NCBI GenBank assembly: GCA_964510025.1
Contig: CAZDZV010000012.1
Location: 1-47,504, forward strand
Origin: an uncultured Methanosarcinales archaeon
GTDB lineage: Archaea; Nanobdellota; Nanobdellia; Woesearchaeales; DATDXC01
DNA: 47,504 nt
Reading direction: 5' to 3'
The notes under the pieces were generated by a model that saw only the letters and a program-made list of their open reading frames with translations, made no database searches and had not been told where the DNA came from. The translations under genes were made by a program, and so were the position numbers. Shown here piece by piece: positions 30,305-39,065 of this stretch (positions are counted from its first letter, which is position 1; every line of letters starts with the position of its first letter).

Positions 30305-31246
30305 ATGAAGATAAGCAGGATTGGTGAATTTGGCCTGATTGACAGGATTAAGAGGAGGCCTAGAGATAAGAATATACTGGTAGGGATTGGCGATGATGCA
30401 GCTGTGGTCAGGATCGGAAAGAAGCTGGCTGTCTTTACCACTGATACTCTGGTTGAGGGAGACCACTTCAGCCTTGATTATTTTACCCCAGAACAGATAG
30501 GCATGAAAGCAGTGGAGATTAATGTATCTGACATAGGAAGTATGGGCGGCTTCCCTAAGTACGCACTGGTATCTCTGGCACTGAGAAAAGGTATGGACGT
30601 AGAGTTTGTGGAGAGGCTCTACAGGGGCATTAGAGCAGCAGCATCAAAATATGGCCTTGAGCTCATCGGCGGGAATATGACACATGCAAAACAGGTGGTG
30701 CTTAATCTTGATGTGATAGGGTTTGTGCAGAAGTCAGACCTTAAGCTCCGAAGCTCCGCAAAACCAGGGGATTTTATATTGGTGTCTGGATATTTAGGGG
30801 GGTCTACTGCCGGATTAAATCTGTTTAAGAAAAAAGTGAAGGGATTCCACAAAGTGAAAAAATATCATACAGAGCCCCATGCCGGATTCCACAAAGTGAA
30901 GCATTGTTTCAAATATGTTAATGCAATGATGGACATATCAGATGGCCTGGCTTCTGAAATTGCTCACATCTGCAAGCAAAGCAAAACAGGTGCCATTATC
31001 TACGCAGATAATGTCCCAATCAGGGATGAAGTGAGAGCAGCTGCAGAAGCTGTTGGCAAGTCAGCTTTGGATTTCGCCATGTATGGCGGAGAGGATTTTG
31101 AGCTTGTCTATACTGTTCCTGAAAAGAATCTAGACAAGGTCCAGGGATTCCTTGTTGGAGAGATAACAAGGCAAAAAGGGGTGAGAATGTACCACAAAGG
31201 ACGGGTCTCAAAAACCGCCCAGCATGGCTATGACCATTTTAGATAA
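30305..31246 (+). CDS. thiL: Thiamine-monophosphate kinase
   Basis: GEFGLI, GIGDDAA, NVSDIGSMGG, MDISDGL, GGEDFEL, GYDHF. Confidence 0.94.
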   Translation: MKISRIGEFGLIDRIKRRPRDKNILVGIGDDAAVVRIGKKLAVFTTDTLVEGDHFSLDYFTPEQIGMKAVEINVSDIGSMGGFPKYALVSLALRKGMDVEFVERLYRGIRAAASKYGLELIGGNMTHAKQVVLNLDVIGFVQKSDLKLRSSAKPGDFILVSGYLGGSTAGLNLFKKKVKGFHKVKKYHTEPHAGFHKVKHCFKYVNAMMDISDGLASEIAHICKQSKTGAIIYADNVPIRDEVRAAAEAVGKSALDFAMYGGEDFELVYTVPEKNLDKVQGFLVGEITRQKGVRMYHKGRVSKTAQHGYDHFR

Positions 31247-31380
31247 CCTAATGTCACATTTCTGTATATTAGGATTTTTTCTTATATCTTATTACATATT
31301 TACCAAACCAAAACTTTATAAACAGACATAACGATATTCTATCCTACTTTGAAACGTTGGGGTTCCTTGATTTGTGGGGG

Positions 31381-31656
31381 GTGGTCATTATAATCTCCTT
31401 AGATGACCTGAGAGTTCTGGAGAAGCTGGGCAAAAAACAATTTGCAAGCAGCAAGGATTACTTTGATTTCTTAATGATGGAGATACAGGAGCATCTTGTG
31501 GAAATCAACGACTTAAAGGAAAAGAATGATCCCCATGCTGCGGCAGAGATGGTGGATCTGTCAGTACTGGCCAGTCTACTGGCGTTAGAGGAGGGCGCTG
31601 ATAAAAAATTATCCATGCAGCGTTACAGGAAATTTAAGGAAAAAGCGTCAGCTTAA
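31381..31656 (+). CDS. Small helical protein, possibly MazG-like NTP pyrophosphohydrolase fold; start uncertain
   Basis: EIQEHLVEI...EMVDL acidic spacing is reminiscent of all-alpha NTP-PPases. Confidence 0.45.
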   Translation: MVIIISLDDLRVLEKLGKKQFASSKDYFDFLMMEIQEHLVEINDLKEKNDPHAAAEMVDLSVLASLLALEEGADKKLSMQRYRKFKEKASA

Positions 31657-31721
31657 ACATCAATTATTTATAAACTGGTTGCTTCAGGCATGCTACGCTA
31701 ACAAAAAGCGGGGGTGAGAAT

Positions 31722-31928
31722 ATGCCAAAAAAGAAATTGCCAAAAATCTTAGAAGAGTATTGCATAGGCTGCGGCCATTGCGTGCTGGCCTGCCATCCAG
31801 GAACATTGAAGCTGGTGGACAAGAAATCAAGGATTGTAAACCCAGAGACATGCGATTCAGAAGGCAGGTGCATTGCTGCATGTCCGGTTAATGCAATCCC
31901 CCATCTGGAAGAGAAGGAATATGGATAA
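31722..31928 (+). CDS. Ferredoxin (4Fe-4S dicluster type)
   Basis: CIGCGHCVLACH and CDSEGRCIAACP; GGGGTGA RBS. Confidence 0.88.
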   Translation: MPKKKLPKILEEYCIGCGHCVLACHPGTLKLVDKKSRIVNPETCDSEGRCIAACPVNAIPHLEEKEYG

Positions 31929-32436
31929 CAGGAAAATAGGCGCTATTTTGATCAGCGCATGCATTCTCTTGGGTCTCTTGATATTTGCTTTTAACCAGAA
32001 GCTTAAAGAGCAAGCAGAGGCCAGCTGCGAATGCAGCCTTATGGCTGATGGCGGATTATGCCCGCATGAACAGAATATCTCCTGGCAAACCTATCTGGCT
32101 GTCTTGCTTGTAAGCGCTATTGCAGCGTTGGGCTTCTATCTGATTTTTTTTGAGAAGTCGCAGAAAGCGATAATATCAACTCTCAATAAGCAGAAGCAGA
32201 TGCAGCTGGCAGAAGAGAAATTTAAATTTTTGCTCAAAGGGCTGGATAAGGACGAACAGAATGTCATAAAGGCAATAAGGGAGCAGGAGGGGATAACTCA
32301 GCAAACACTTAGGTTACGAACAGATTTGCACAAGTCTAAGTTGAGCATAGTCCTGGATAACCTGGAAAAGAAAAGCCTGGTGACTAGGAAAGCCAAGGGA
32401 AAGACAAAGCAGGTTTTCCTTAAAATCGCTCTATAA
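31921..32436 (+). CDS. Membrane-anchored winged-helix (MarR-like) regulator with a Cys/His loop between two TM helices
   Basis: TM-CECSLMADGGLCPHE-TM, then GITQQTLRLRTDLHKSKLSIVLDNLEKKSLV HTH. Confidence 0.78.
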   Translation: MDNRKIGAILISACILLGLLIFAFNQKLKEQAEASCECSLMADGGLCPHEQNISWQTYLAVLLVSAIAALGFYLIFFEKSQKAIISTLNKQKQMQLAEEKFKFLLKGLDKDEQNVIKAIREQEGITQQTLRLRTDLHKSKLSIVLDNLEKKSLVTRKAKGKTKQVFLKIAL

Positions 32437-32543
32437 ACGTTCTTATTGGAAAATTTATTAGAATCAGCCTTTCTGGCAACATCAGTTTCTGCACTTAATT
32501 ATATCTACTTGCTGTACTTACCAGACTGATGGAGGTATCTAAG

Positions 32544-32744
32544 ATGGAAAAGAAACTAATTGGATTGGCAATAGCCATTATATTGGTTGTAGGCTTGATG
32601 TTTGTTTCTGCAAACACACAGGCAGACAGCGAAGAAAAACCCACAGCATCTAGCTGCGAGATAGCTGAACCAATATGTGGCTCAAGCACATGCAACCAGC
32701 AATGTGGCGGCAGCTGCGGCATCCCTAGATGTGGCTGCAGCTAA
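32544..32744 (+). CDS. Small exported Cys-rich (metallothionein-like tail) protein
   Basis: Signal/TM helix followed by 7 Cys in the last 29 aa (CGSSTCNQQCGGSCGIPRCGCS); GGAGG RBS; T-rich tract downstream. Confidence 0.7.
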   Translation: MEKKLIGLAIAIILVVGLMFVSANTQADSEEKPTASSCEIAEPICGSSTCNQQCGGSCGIPRCGCS

Positions 32745-32804
32745 TTTTTTTTATTTTTTTTGTTAAACAGAAAACTTATAAGCACATGATGCTTGTTTTG
32801 TGTC

Positions 32805-33938
32805 ATGACTGCTAAAATAGATCCAATCTGTGGCATGAAAGGCCATATCAGGGCGCATGGCCATTATTTTTGTAGCCAGAAATGCATCGAAAAATATGAA
32901 AAAGAGCAGAATATACAGTCATGCCCTCATTGCTATATCAAGGGCAGCCATCTGCCTTGGTACAAGGAAAGGCTGTATGTTGTGGGCCTGATTACTCTGG
33001 CTCTGATAGCAATAAGTTACTTTATACCTGCGTTGAACAGATTGCATAATGCATTTATTGATTACTTCAAGCTGATATGGTGGGCCATATTGCTCGGTCT
33101 GTTGCTTGGCGGAGTGATAGACCATTTTATACCAAGGGAATACATATCAAAGTTCCTGGCAACCCACAAGAAAAGGTCTATATTCTATGCAGTTGGGTTC
33201 GGATTTTTGATGTCAGCATGCTCTCATGGCATACTTGCTATCGCTATACAGCTATATAAGAAAGGCGCGTCAATCCCTTCGGTCATAGCCTTCCTGTTGG
33301 CAAGCCCGTGGGCAAACCTGCCTATCACAATACTGCTTTTCAGCTTCTTTGGGGTAAAGGCATTGTTTCTAGTACTATCGGCTATCGTAATAGCTATCAC
33401 ATCAGGTATCATATATCAGATGCTGGACAAAAAAAGCTGGATAGAAAAGAATCCAAATACCGTCCGGATATCGGAAAAATTTTCCATAAAAAAAGATTTT
33501 AAGAAAAGGTTCAGCAGCTACAGGTTCTCAAGAAAGGATATTTTTGGGATATTGCATGGCTCTTGGTCTTTGGCAAAGATGGTTGTCTGGTGGATTCTGA
33601 TTGGTATGATAGTGGCAGCATTGGCAAGAACCTTCGTGCCTCAAGAGTTATTCGTGCGCTATCTAGGGCCAACCCTTTTAGGCCTGGTTATTACGCTGGT
33701 TTTTGCCACCATAATAGAAGTATGCTCTGAAGGCTCATCTGTTCTGGCCTTCGAGATCTTCAATCAGACAAAAGCCTTTGGAAACAGCTTTACGTTTCTT
33801 ATGGCAGGCGTAGCAACAGACTATACAGAAATAGGCTTATTATGGAGCAACATCGGCAAAAAAACAGCATTATGGCTCCCTGCTATAACTGTCCCCCAGA
33901 TTTTGCTGCTAGGCTACCTCTTTAATATACTCTTATAA
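32805..33938 (+). CDS. ArsP/DUF318-family permease with N-terminal YHS/TRASH metal-binding domain
   Basis: IDPICGM...YFCSQKC; SACSHG, FLLASPW, EVCSEGS. Confidence 0.85.
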   Translation: MTAKIDPICGMKGHIRAHGHYFCSQKCIEKYEKEQNIQSCPHCYIKGSHLPWYKERLYVVGLITLALIAISYFIPALNRLHNAFIDYFKLIWWAILLGLLLGGVIDHFIPREYISKFLATHKKRSIFYAVGFGFLMSACSHGILAIAIQLYKKGASIPSVIAFLLASPWANLPITILLFSFFGVKALFLVLSAIVIAITSGIIYQMLDKKSWIEKNPNTVRISEKFSIKKDFKKRFSSYRFSRKDIFGILHGSWSLAKMVVWWILIGMIVAALARTFVPQELFVRYLGPTLLGLVITLVFATIIEVCSEGSSVLAFEIFNQTKAFGNSFTFLMAGVATDYTEIGLLWSNIGKKTALWLPAITVPQILLLGYLFNILL

Positions 33939-33968
33939 CAAAATATTTAAACAGATCCCATCTATCAT

Positions 33969-34532
33969 ATGCAGATGAAAATATATTTTGTGACCTGCAA
34001 TAAGGGCAAGGTCAGGGAATTTAAGGAAATCCTGGAGCCGGAGATCAATGTTGAGCAGCTTGCTATAGACTATCCGGAACTTCGATCAGATGATCCTGCA
34101 GAGATCGCGAAGCTGGCAGCAAAGCAGCTTGCGGACCTGCTGAAAAAGCCAATAGTTGTGGAGGATTCTGGACTATTCATCAAGGCATTAAACGATTTTC
34201 CAGGCACATGCTCAGCTTATATCCATAAGAGGATAGGGCTTGAAGGGCTTCTGAAGCAGATGAAGAATGTGAAAGACAGGACCTGCTTCTACAGGTCAGC
34301 TGTAGCTTATTGCAGGCCTGGCCAAGAGCCTTTAAGCTTTGTTGGAAGCGAAAAAGGGAGGATCTCTGAAAAAGTAAAAGGCAGGCACGGGTTTGGCCAT
34401 GATCCCATATTTATCCCAGGCAAGAACAGAAAAACCTATGGCCAGATGCAGGATGTTGAAAAGGTCAAGAAATTCAGAAGAAAAGCTGTATTGAAGCTGA
34501 AAAAATTTCTCAAAAATGAAGATAACCATTGA
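33969..34532 (+). CDS. rdgB: Non-canonical purine NTP pyrophosphatase (RdgB/HAM1)
   Basis: TCNKGKVRE, VEDSGLFI..LNDFPG, GFGHDPIF. Confidence 0.9.
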   Translation: MQMKIYFVTCNKGKVREFKEILEPEINVEQLAIDYPELRSDDPAEIAKLAAKQLADLLKKPIVVEDSGLFIKALNDFPGTCSAYIHKRIGLEGLLKQMKNVKDRTCFYRSAVAYCRPGQEPLSFVGSEKGRISEKVKGRHGFGHDPIFIPGKNRKTYGQMQDVEKVKKFRRKAVLKLKKFLKNEDNH

Positions 34533-35010
34533 AGAAGAGGATATAACAGAACTTGATGTAGATGCTATAGTAAATCCAGCTAATTCTTATGGCTATATGG
34601 GCGGCGGTGTTGCAGGAGCAATAAAGCGCAAAGGGGGCCAGGAGATTGAGATGCAGGCTGTGAGTTTTGCGCCTATACCCATAGGCCATGCAGTCTTGAC
34701 ATCAGCCGGATCCTTGTCAGCAAAACATGTTATTCATGCCCCCACTATGGAGCAGCCGGCCGGCCTCACAGATATCGACAAGATTAAGGAAGCCACTTGT
34801 GCAGCGCTTGAATGTGCAGATGAGAACAAGCTGAAAAAAATCGCTATTCCAGGTCTAGGGACAGGAGTAGGCTCTGTGCCAAAGGAAAAAGCAGCAAGGG
34901 CAATGCTGGAGATGATAGTCAACTTCGAGCCGAAGCACCTTGAAAAGATAATTCTCTGCGATAAGGATAGAGAAATGGTCGAAGCTTTTGAAAAAGAGTG
35001 GAAAGGCTAG
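34516..35010 (+). CDS. Macro domain protein (ADP-ribose binding/hydrolase)
   Basis: DAIVNPANS..MGGGVAGAI, VIHAPTM, PGLGTGVG. Confidence 0.92.
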   Translation: MKITIEEEDITELDVDAIVNPANSYGYMGGGVAGAIKRKGGQEIEMQAVSFAPIPIGHAVLTSAGSLSAKHVIHAPTMEQPAGLTDIDKIKEATCAALECADENKLKKIAIPGLGTGVGSVPKEKAARAMLEMIVNFEPKHLEKIILCDKDREMVEAFEKEWKG

Positions 35011-36740
35011 TTGCACATGCCTTGAAAGCTATCGCAATTGAACGAGAAATGCAATCCGCCATCATATTTGATTTCTAATGGGGATTCGAAAGGCACTCCC
35101 CAAAAACCGAAAGACACTGGCTTCTCTTTTGCTGCCAAAACACGTGTTCCCTTAGGGCAATATTGGAGAAAGGGCCTGCATAATCCTCTTTCTTCTAGCA
35201 ATCCAGCATTGCATCCAAAAATTACAACATCCTTGAGCCCAGGTATCTGTAAAGCATCTTTCAATTCATCATCCCTATGGTCAAGATATCTTGTCTCATC
35301 ATGGTTGTCGCCCGGAAAACGACTTTGGCGTAGGTCCAGTTCATAAGGGCCAGCATGACCAGCAATATACACAGCAATCGCCCCCTTTGCCCTCATCTCA
35401 CCCAGATATTTCACAACCTGCCTGTCATCTGCTGCAAATCTGACCGTAACATCACAATACCTTTTCAATTCCTCATAATCATACCGGGAGGCTGCTATTG
35501 CATTGTTATAATCATAGGCTGCCAATATCATAAGTACATTCGGCCTTTCTGTCTCCTCTGGATTAAGGTCCTCAGGCTTAAATCTGGCTGATACAGCCCT
35601 TGCTACAAGTGCTCCCCTATGTTCTTCTGGCATTTTGGAGGCGTAAGCATGGTATCTCTCTTTGGTCAACCTGTGCAGCATAAGGATTTTAGCAGCTTCT
35701 CCGTCTATCTGCTCCCCTTCCCCTATCAGCTCAAGAACAGCACTTAAATATCTTCCTAGGTATGTTCTTATTCTGCTAAACCCCGGAGAGCCATCACCCT
35801 CTACTTTGTCCTTAAGCATATGTTCCTTGCTTGCAAAGTAAGCTATCTGCTGGCCAGAGAAAAGTGTTTCACCATCTGCATCCTCAAATTCAGTCCAGCC
35901 AAGAGCATAATCCATTCCTTCCTTGCTGCCTAGTAGCTTAACAATTGATTTGCCGTCAAAAACCCTCTTGCCCTTATTGGTCCTGAGCCAGGCAAGCTTG
36001 TTTGCTGCGCCCATATCATAGTAGTTGATAATATCCGCAAGTTGAGAATCACTGAATAAAGCACATCTTCCTATCCTATTTTTTCTTGCTTCTGCCAGTT
36101 TGCTTGCTGGAATCTCTTTGGTGAAAGCTTTATATGTGATATCTGGACTCGAATGACAGTCACCTAAAGCTCTATAATAATCCAAATAGCTGTCCAACTG
36201 CTGTTCAGGCACAAGACTGAATGCGCTGGCCAGCTCTGCCGGGCTGTATCCTGCCTCGCTCATCTCCCTAGCAAGCTGCAGGGCAGCTTTGCTCTTGTTT
36301 TGCCAATGAGGTATAAATGATCTTAAGAAACGATAGAACTGCCTATGAATATGCTTTCCATTTACAAGCTGTACATCTGGATCCCCTGAATGATAGTCAT
36401 CTTGATCATAGAAGGGCATTATCCATGTGGGCTTACCATCTTTTTCCATGGAAAGAAGAATTTCAGATATTTCGCATAGCTTAGCCGGATCAATCTCTCT
36501 GTAGGTAGCAGCTCTTTCTTCACCAAAAACCCTGAATCCCCTGTATTCAAAATCCGGAACTGTCTGCTGGCTAGCCTTCCCTGCACTTTCTTCAGTTACC
36601 TTACCATCCAATGTGCCAGCCATTGGCACTTCTGGCGTTAAGTTTATAGTCGGACATCTAACAGGCTGCTCAGGATTTAGCAAAAAAGCAGCTGCCGCAG
36701 CTGCCAAGGACATTATTCGTCTGATATCCATGGCCATCAC
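35007..36740 (-). CDS. Hypothetical exported protein with 32-33-aa helical repeats and a C-terminal clan CD-like His/Cys domain
   Basis: N-terminal hydrophobic stretch; IAGHAG and IFGCNAG, each after a hydrophobic strand. Confidence 0.55.
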   Translation of the reverse strand: MMAMDIRRIMSLAAAAAAFLLNPEQPVRCPTINLTPEVPMAGTLDGKVTEESAGKASQQTVPDFEYRGFRVFGEERAATYREIDPAKLCEISEILLSMEKDGKPTWIMPFYDQDDYHSGDPDVQLVNGKHIHRQFYRFLRSFIPHWQNKSKAALQLAREMSEAGYSPAELASAFSLVPEQQLDSYLDYYRALGDCHSSPDITYKAFTKEIPASKLAEARKNRIGRCALFSDSQLADIINYYDMGAANKLAWLRTNKGKRVFDGKSIVKLLGSKEGMDYALGWTEFEDADGETLFSGQQIAYFASKEHMLKDKVEGDGSPGFSRIRTYLGRYLSAVLELIGEGEQIDGEAAKILMLHRLTKERYHAYASKMPEEHRGALVARAVSARFKPEDLNPEETERPNVLMILAAYDYNNAIAASRYDYEELKRYCDVTVRFAADDRQVVKYLGEMRAKGAIAVYIAGHAGPYELDLRQSRFPGDNHDETRYLDHRDDELKDALQIPGLKDVVIFGCNAGLLEERGLCRPFLQYCPKGTRVLAAKEKPVSFGFWGVPFESPLEIKYDGGLHFSFNCDSFQGMCN

Positions 36741-36853
36741 AGAAATCCACTACTATATAAACCTTTCTATTTTTTAATCACTAATAAGTGATAAATAAAA
36801 TAAGATAAAGTCTTACAGCAAATTATTTAAACAGACTTATTTTCTAGCAGCAT

Positions 36854-37138
36854 ATGAAAGTTGATGAATCCTTGATTAAAAAAGTGGCAGCACTGGCAAG
36901 ACTAAACCTCAAAGACCCTGAAATCGCCAGATTTAAGGCTCAGCTGAAGGAAATTCTGGATGCTTTTTCAAAGCTTGATGAAGTTGACACAAAAGATACC
37001 AAACCTAGTTTTCAGCCAGTCGAATTAAGGAATATGCTGAGGAGGGACAAGATCGAACCATGTCTTACCCAAGAAACAGCTTTAAAAAATTCTGAAAACA
37101 AAAAAGACGGCTACTTCAAAGGCCCAAAGGCAGTCTAA
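36854..37138 (+). CDS. gatC: Asp/Glu-tRNA amidotransferase subunit C
   Basis: IKKVAALARLNL, LRRD, DGYFKGP. Confidence 0.92.
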   Translation: MKVDESLIKKVAALARLNLKDPEIARFKAQLKEILDAFSKLDEVDTKDTKPSFQPVELRNMLRRDKIEPCLTQETALKNSENKKDGYFKGPKAV

Positions 37139-37139
37139 A

Positions 37140-38485
37140 ATGGATATTGACAATATACTTAGACAGACTGTACAAATAAACAAAGAATACCACTATTTCA
37201 ATACAATAACCCAAGACCTTGCAAGATCACAGGTAAAGGAGCTTTCAGTTGAACCAAAGGGGAGGTTAGCCGGAATCCTTGTTTCTGTAAAGGATTGCAT
37301 ATGCATCAAGGATGTTGAATCCAGAGCAGGTTCAAGGATACTGTCTGGCTATAAGCCTGTTTTTGATGCTACTGTGATTGAGAAAGTAAAACAGCAGGGC
37401 GGAATAATCATCGGAAAAACCTCTCAGGATGCTTTTGGGTTCGGCTCTTTCAGTACCAATATGGGATTAGACATAAAGCCTCCTTTGAATCCTTTTGATA
37501 AGAAAAGAGTGTGTGGCGGTTCATCAGGCGGTGCAGCTGGATTTGCCAAGAAAGCGCCATTTCGCCATATCGCTCTTGGCCAGTCTACAGGTGGCTCGAT
37601 AGCGGCGCCAGCTTCTTTTTGCGGTGTTGTCGGGCTGTGCCCTACTTATGGCAGGGTCTCAAGATGCGGTTTAATCGATTACGCAAACAGCCTGGATAAG
37701 ATAGGCCCAATTGCCAAAACAGTTGAAGATGTAGCTCTGATGCTGTCGGTTATTGCAGGCTATGACACAAGAGAAAGCACAACAATAAATGCAGAAGTTC
37801 CTGACTATCTTGATTTTGTCGAGCACCCTATTAAAAACAAGAAAATAGGGTCATCCAGCATGCTAAGGGCATCGATCAGGATGTGAAGGACAGTGTTCAT
37901 GAGGCCATCACATCGCTTGAAAAGCAAGGGGCAAAGACAGAAAAGGTAGCGCTTCCGCTGTCTGAAAAATATGGTATAGCCTGCTACTACCTGATATCAA
38001 TGTCTGAAGCTTCAACAAATCTTGCCAAGCTCTGCGGCATGAGATATGGCAAACACGAGAAGCTTGAAGGCAACTTTAACCAATATTTCTCAAAGGTCAG
38101 GGAGCTGAACTTTAATGAAGAGAGCAAGAGAAGGATCATAATAGGGACATTTGCAAGGATGGCGGGCTACCGGGATGCATACTACATAAAGGCTATGAAA
38201 GTAAGGACAAAGATTATAGAGGAATACAAGAAGCTCTTTAAAAGATTTGAAGTGCTTATATCCCCTGCGATGCCCACAGTTGCCCCTAGGTTCTCAGAAG
38301 TTGATAAGATGACTCCTTTGCAGAACTATATGATGGATATGCTTACTGCTCCACCTAACCTTGCAGGACTGCCCCACATGTCTGTTCCTGTAGGAGATAC
38401 TAAGCTTCCTGTGGGTTTGATGCTGATATCTGATCATCTCAAAGAAGAAAAGCTCATCCAATTTGGCTCTAAGCTGGAGGTTTAA
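37140..38485 (+). pseudogene. gatA: Asp/Glu-tRNA amidotransferase subunit A, split by a single -1 frameshift at about 37848-37850 (possibly a sequencing indel)
   Basis: 5' ORF has SVKDC, GGSSGG, STGGSI..PA; 3' ORF has EASTNLAK, RRIIIG, PPNLAGLP; one extra G restores KKIGVIQH. Confidence 0.88.
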
Positions 38486-38486
38486 G

Positions 38487-39065
38487 ATGGAAAAGAAGAT
38501 AACATATTTCGAAAATCCCGGGCAGGAGAACACCGCTCAGGCAATCAGCTTGGCAGTGGATTACGCCAAGGAAAATTCTATCAAAAAGATAATCATAGCG
38601 TCCTCTACTGGAGAATCTGCCCTGGAGCTCAGGAAAAAAGCCTCTGACCTTGAAATAATAGATGTGGTCTACTCAGAAGCAGTGTCTTACAAGGACACGC
38701 TCAGAAAGTTCCATGAAAACCAGAAAATCCTTGAAAAAAATAACATAAAGGTTGTAAGGTGCACCCATTCGTTCAGCGGAGTTGAAAAATGTGTAGCTCA
38801 GCGATATAAGGGTGTTTCTGTAAATGCCTTGATAGCAGATGTGCTTAAACTGTTTTCAGAAGGCATAAAAGTGGCAGTTGAAGCCGCCATGATGGCAGCT
38901 GACGTAGGGGCAGTGAAAAAAGAGCCAGTCCTTGTCTTGGGGGGGACATCTCATGGTGTAGACAGCTGTCTGCTTGTTGAGCCCTCTACAACATCAAATT
39001 TTTTTGAATTCTCCATATTAGAGATCATATGCATGCCCAGATTCGGAGGCTTAGCTCATGGCTGA
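38487..39065 (+). CDS. Pyruvate kinase C-terminal-like alpha/beta domain protein (COG1751/MTH1675 family)
   Basis: ITYFENPGQENT, IIASSTGESA, HSFSGVE, GIKVAVE..MMAADVG, GGTSHGVD. Confidence 0.8.
   Translation: MEKKITYFENPGQENTAQAISLAVDYAKENSIKKIIIASSTGESALELRKKASDLEIIDVVYSEAVSYKDTLRKFHENQKILEKNNIKVVRCTHSFSGVEKCVAQRYKGVSVNALIADVLKLFSEGIKVAVEAAMMAADVGAVKKEPVLVLGGTSHGVDSCLLVEPSTTSNFFEFSILEIICMPRFGGLAHG

Noticed and set aside
30842..30900. Mini-CRISPR (repeat-25 nt-repeat)
   Set aside because: Only two 17-bp units, inside an intact gene, with no cas genes in the window
37830..37850. Programmed -1 frameshift at T-AAA-AAC in gatA
   Set aside because: Not a full slippery heptamer; slipping there puts a TAA in the P-site; homology places the shift at the GGG
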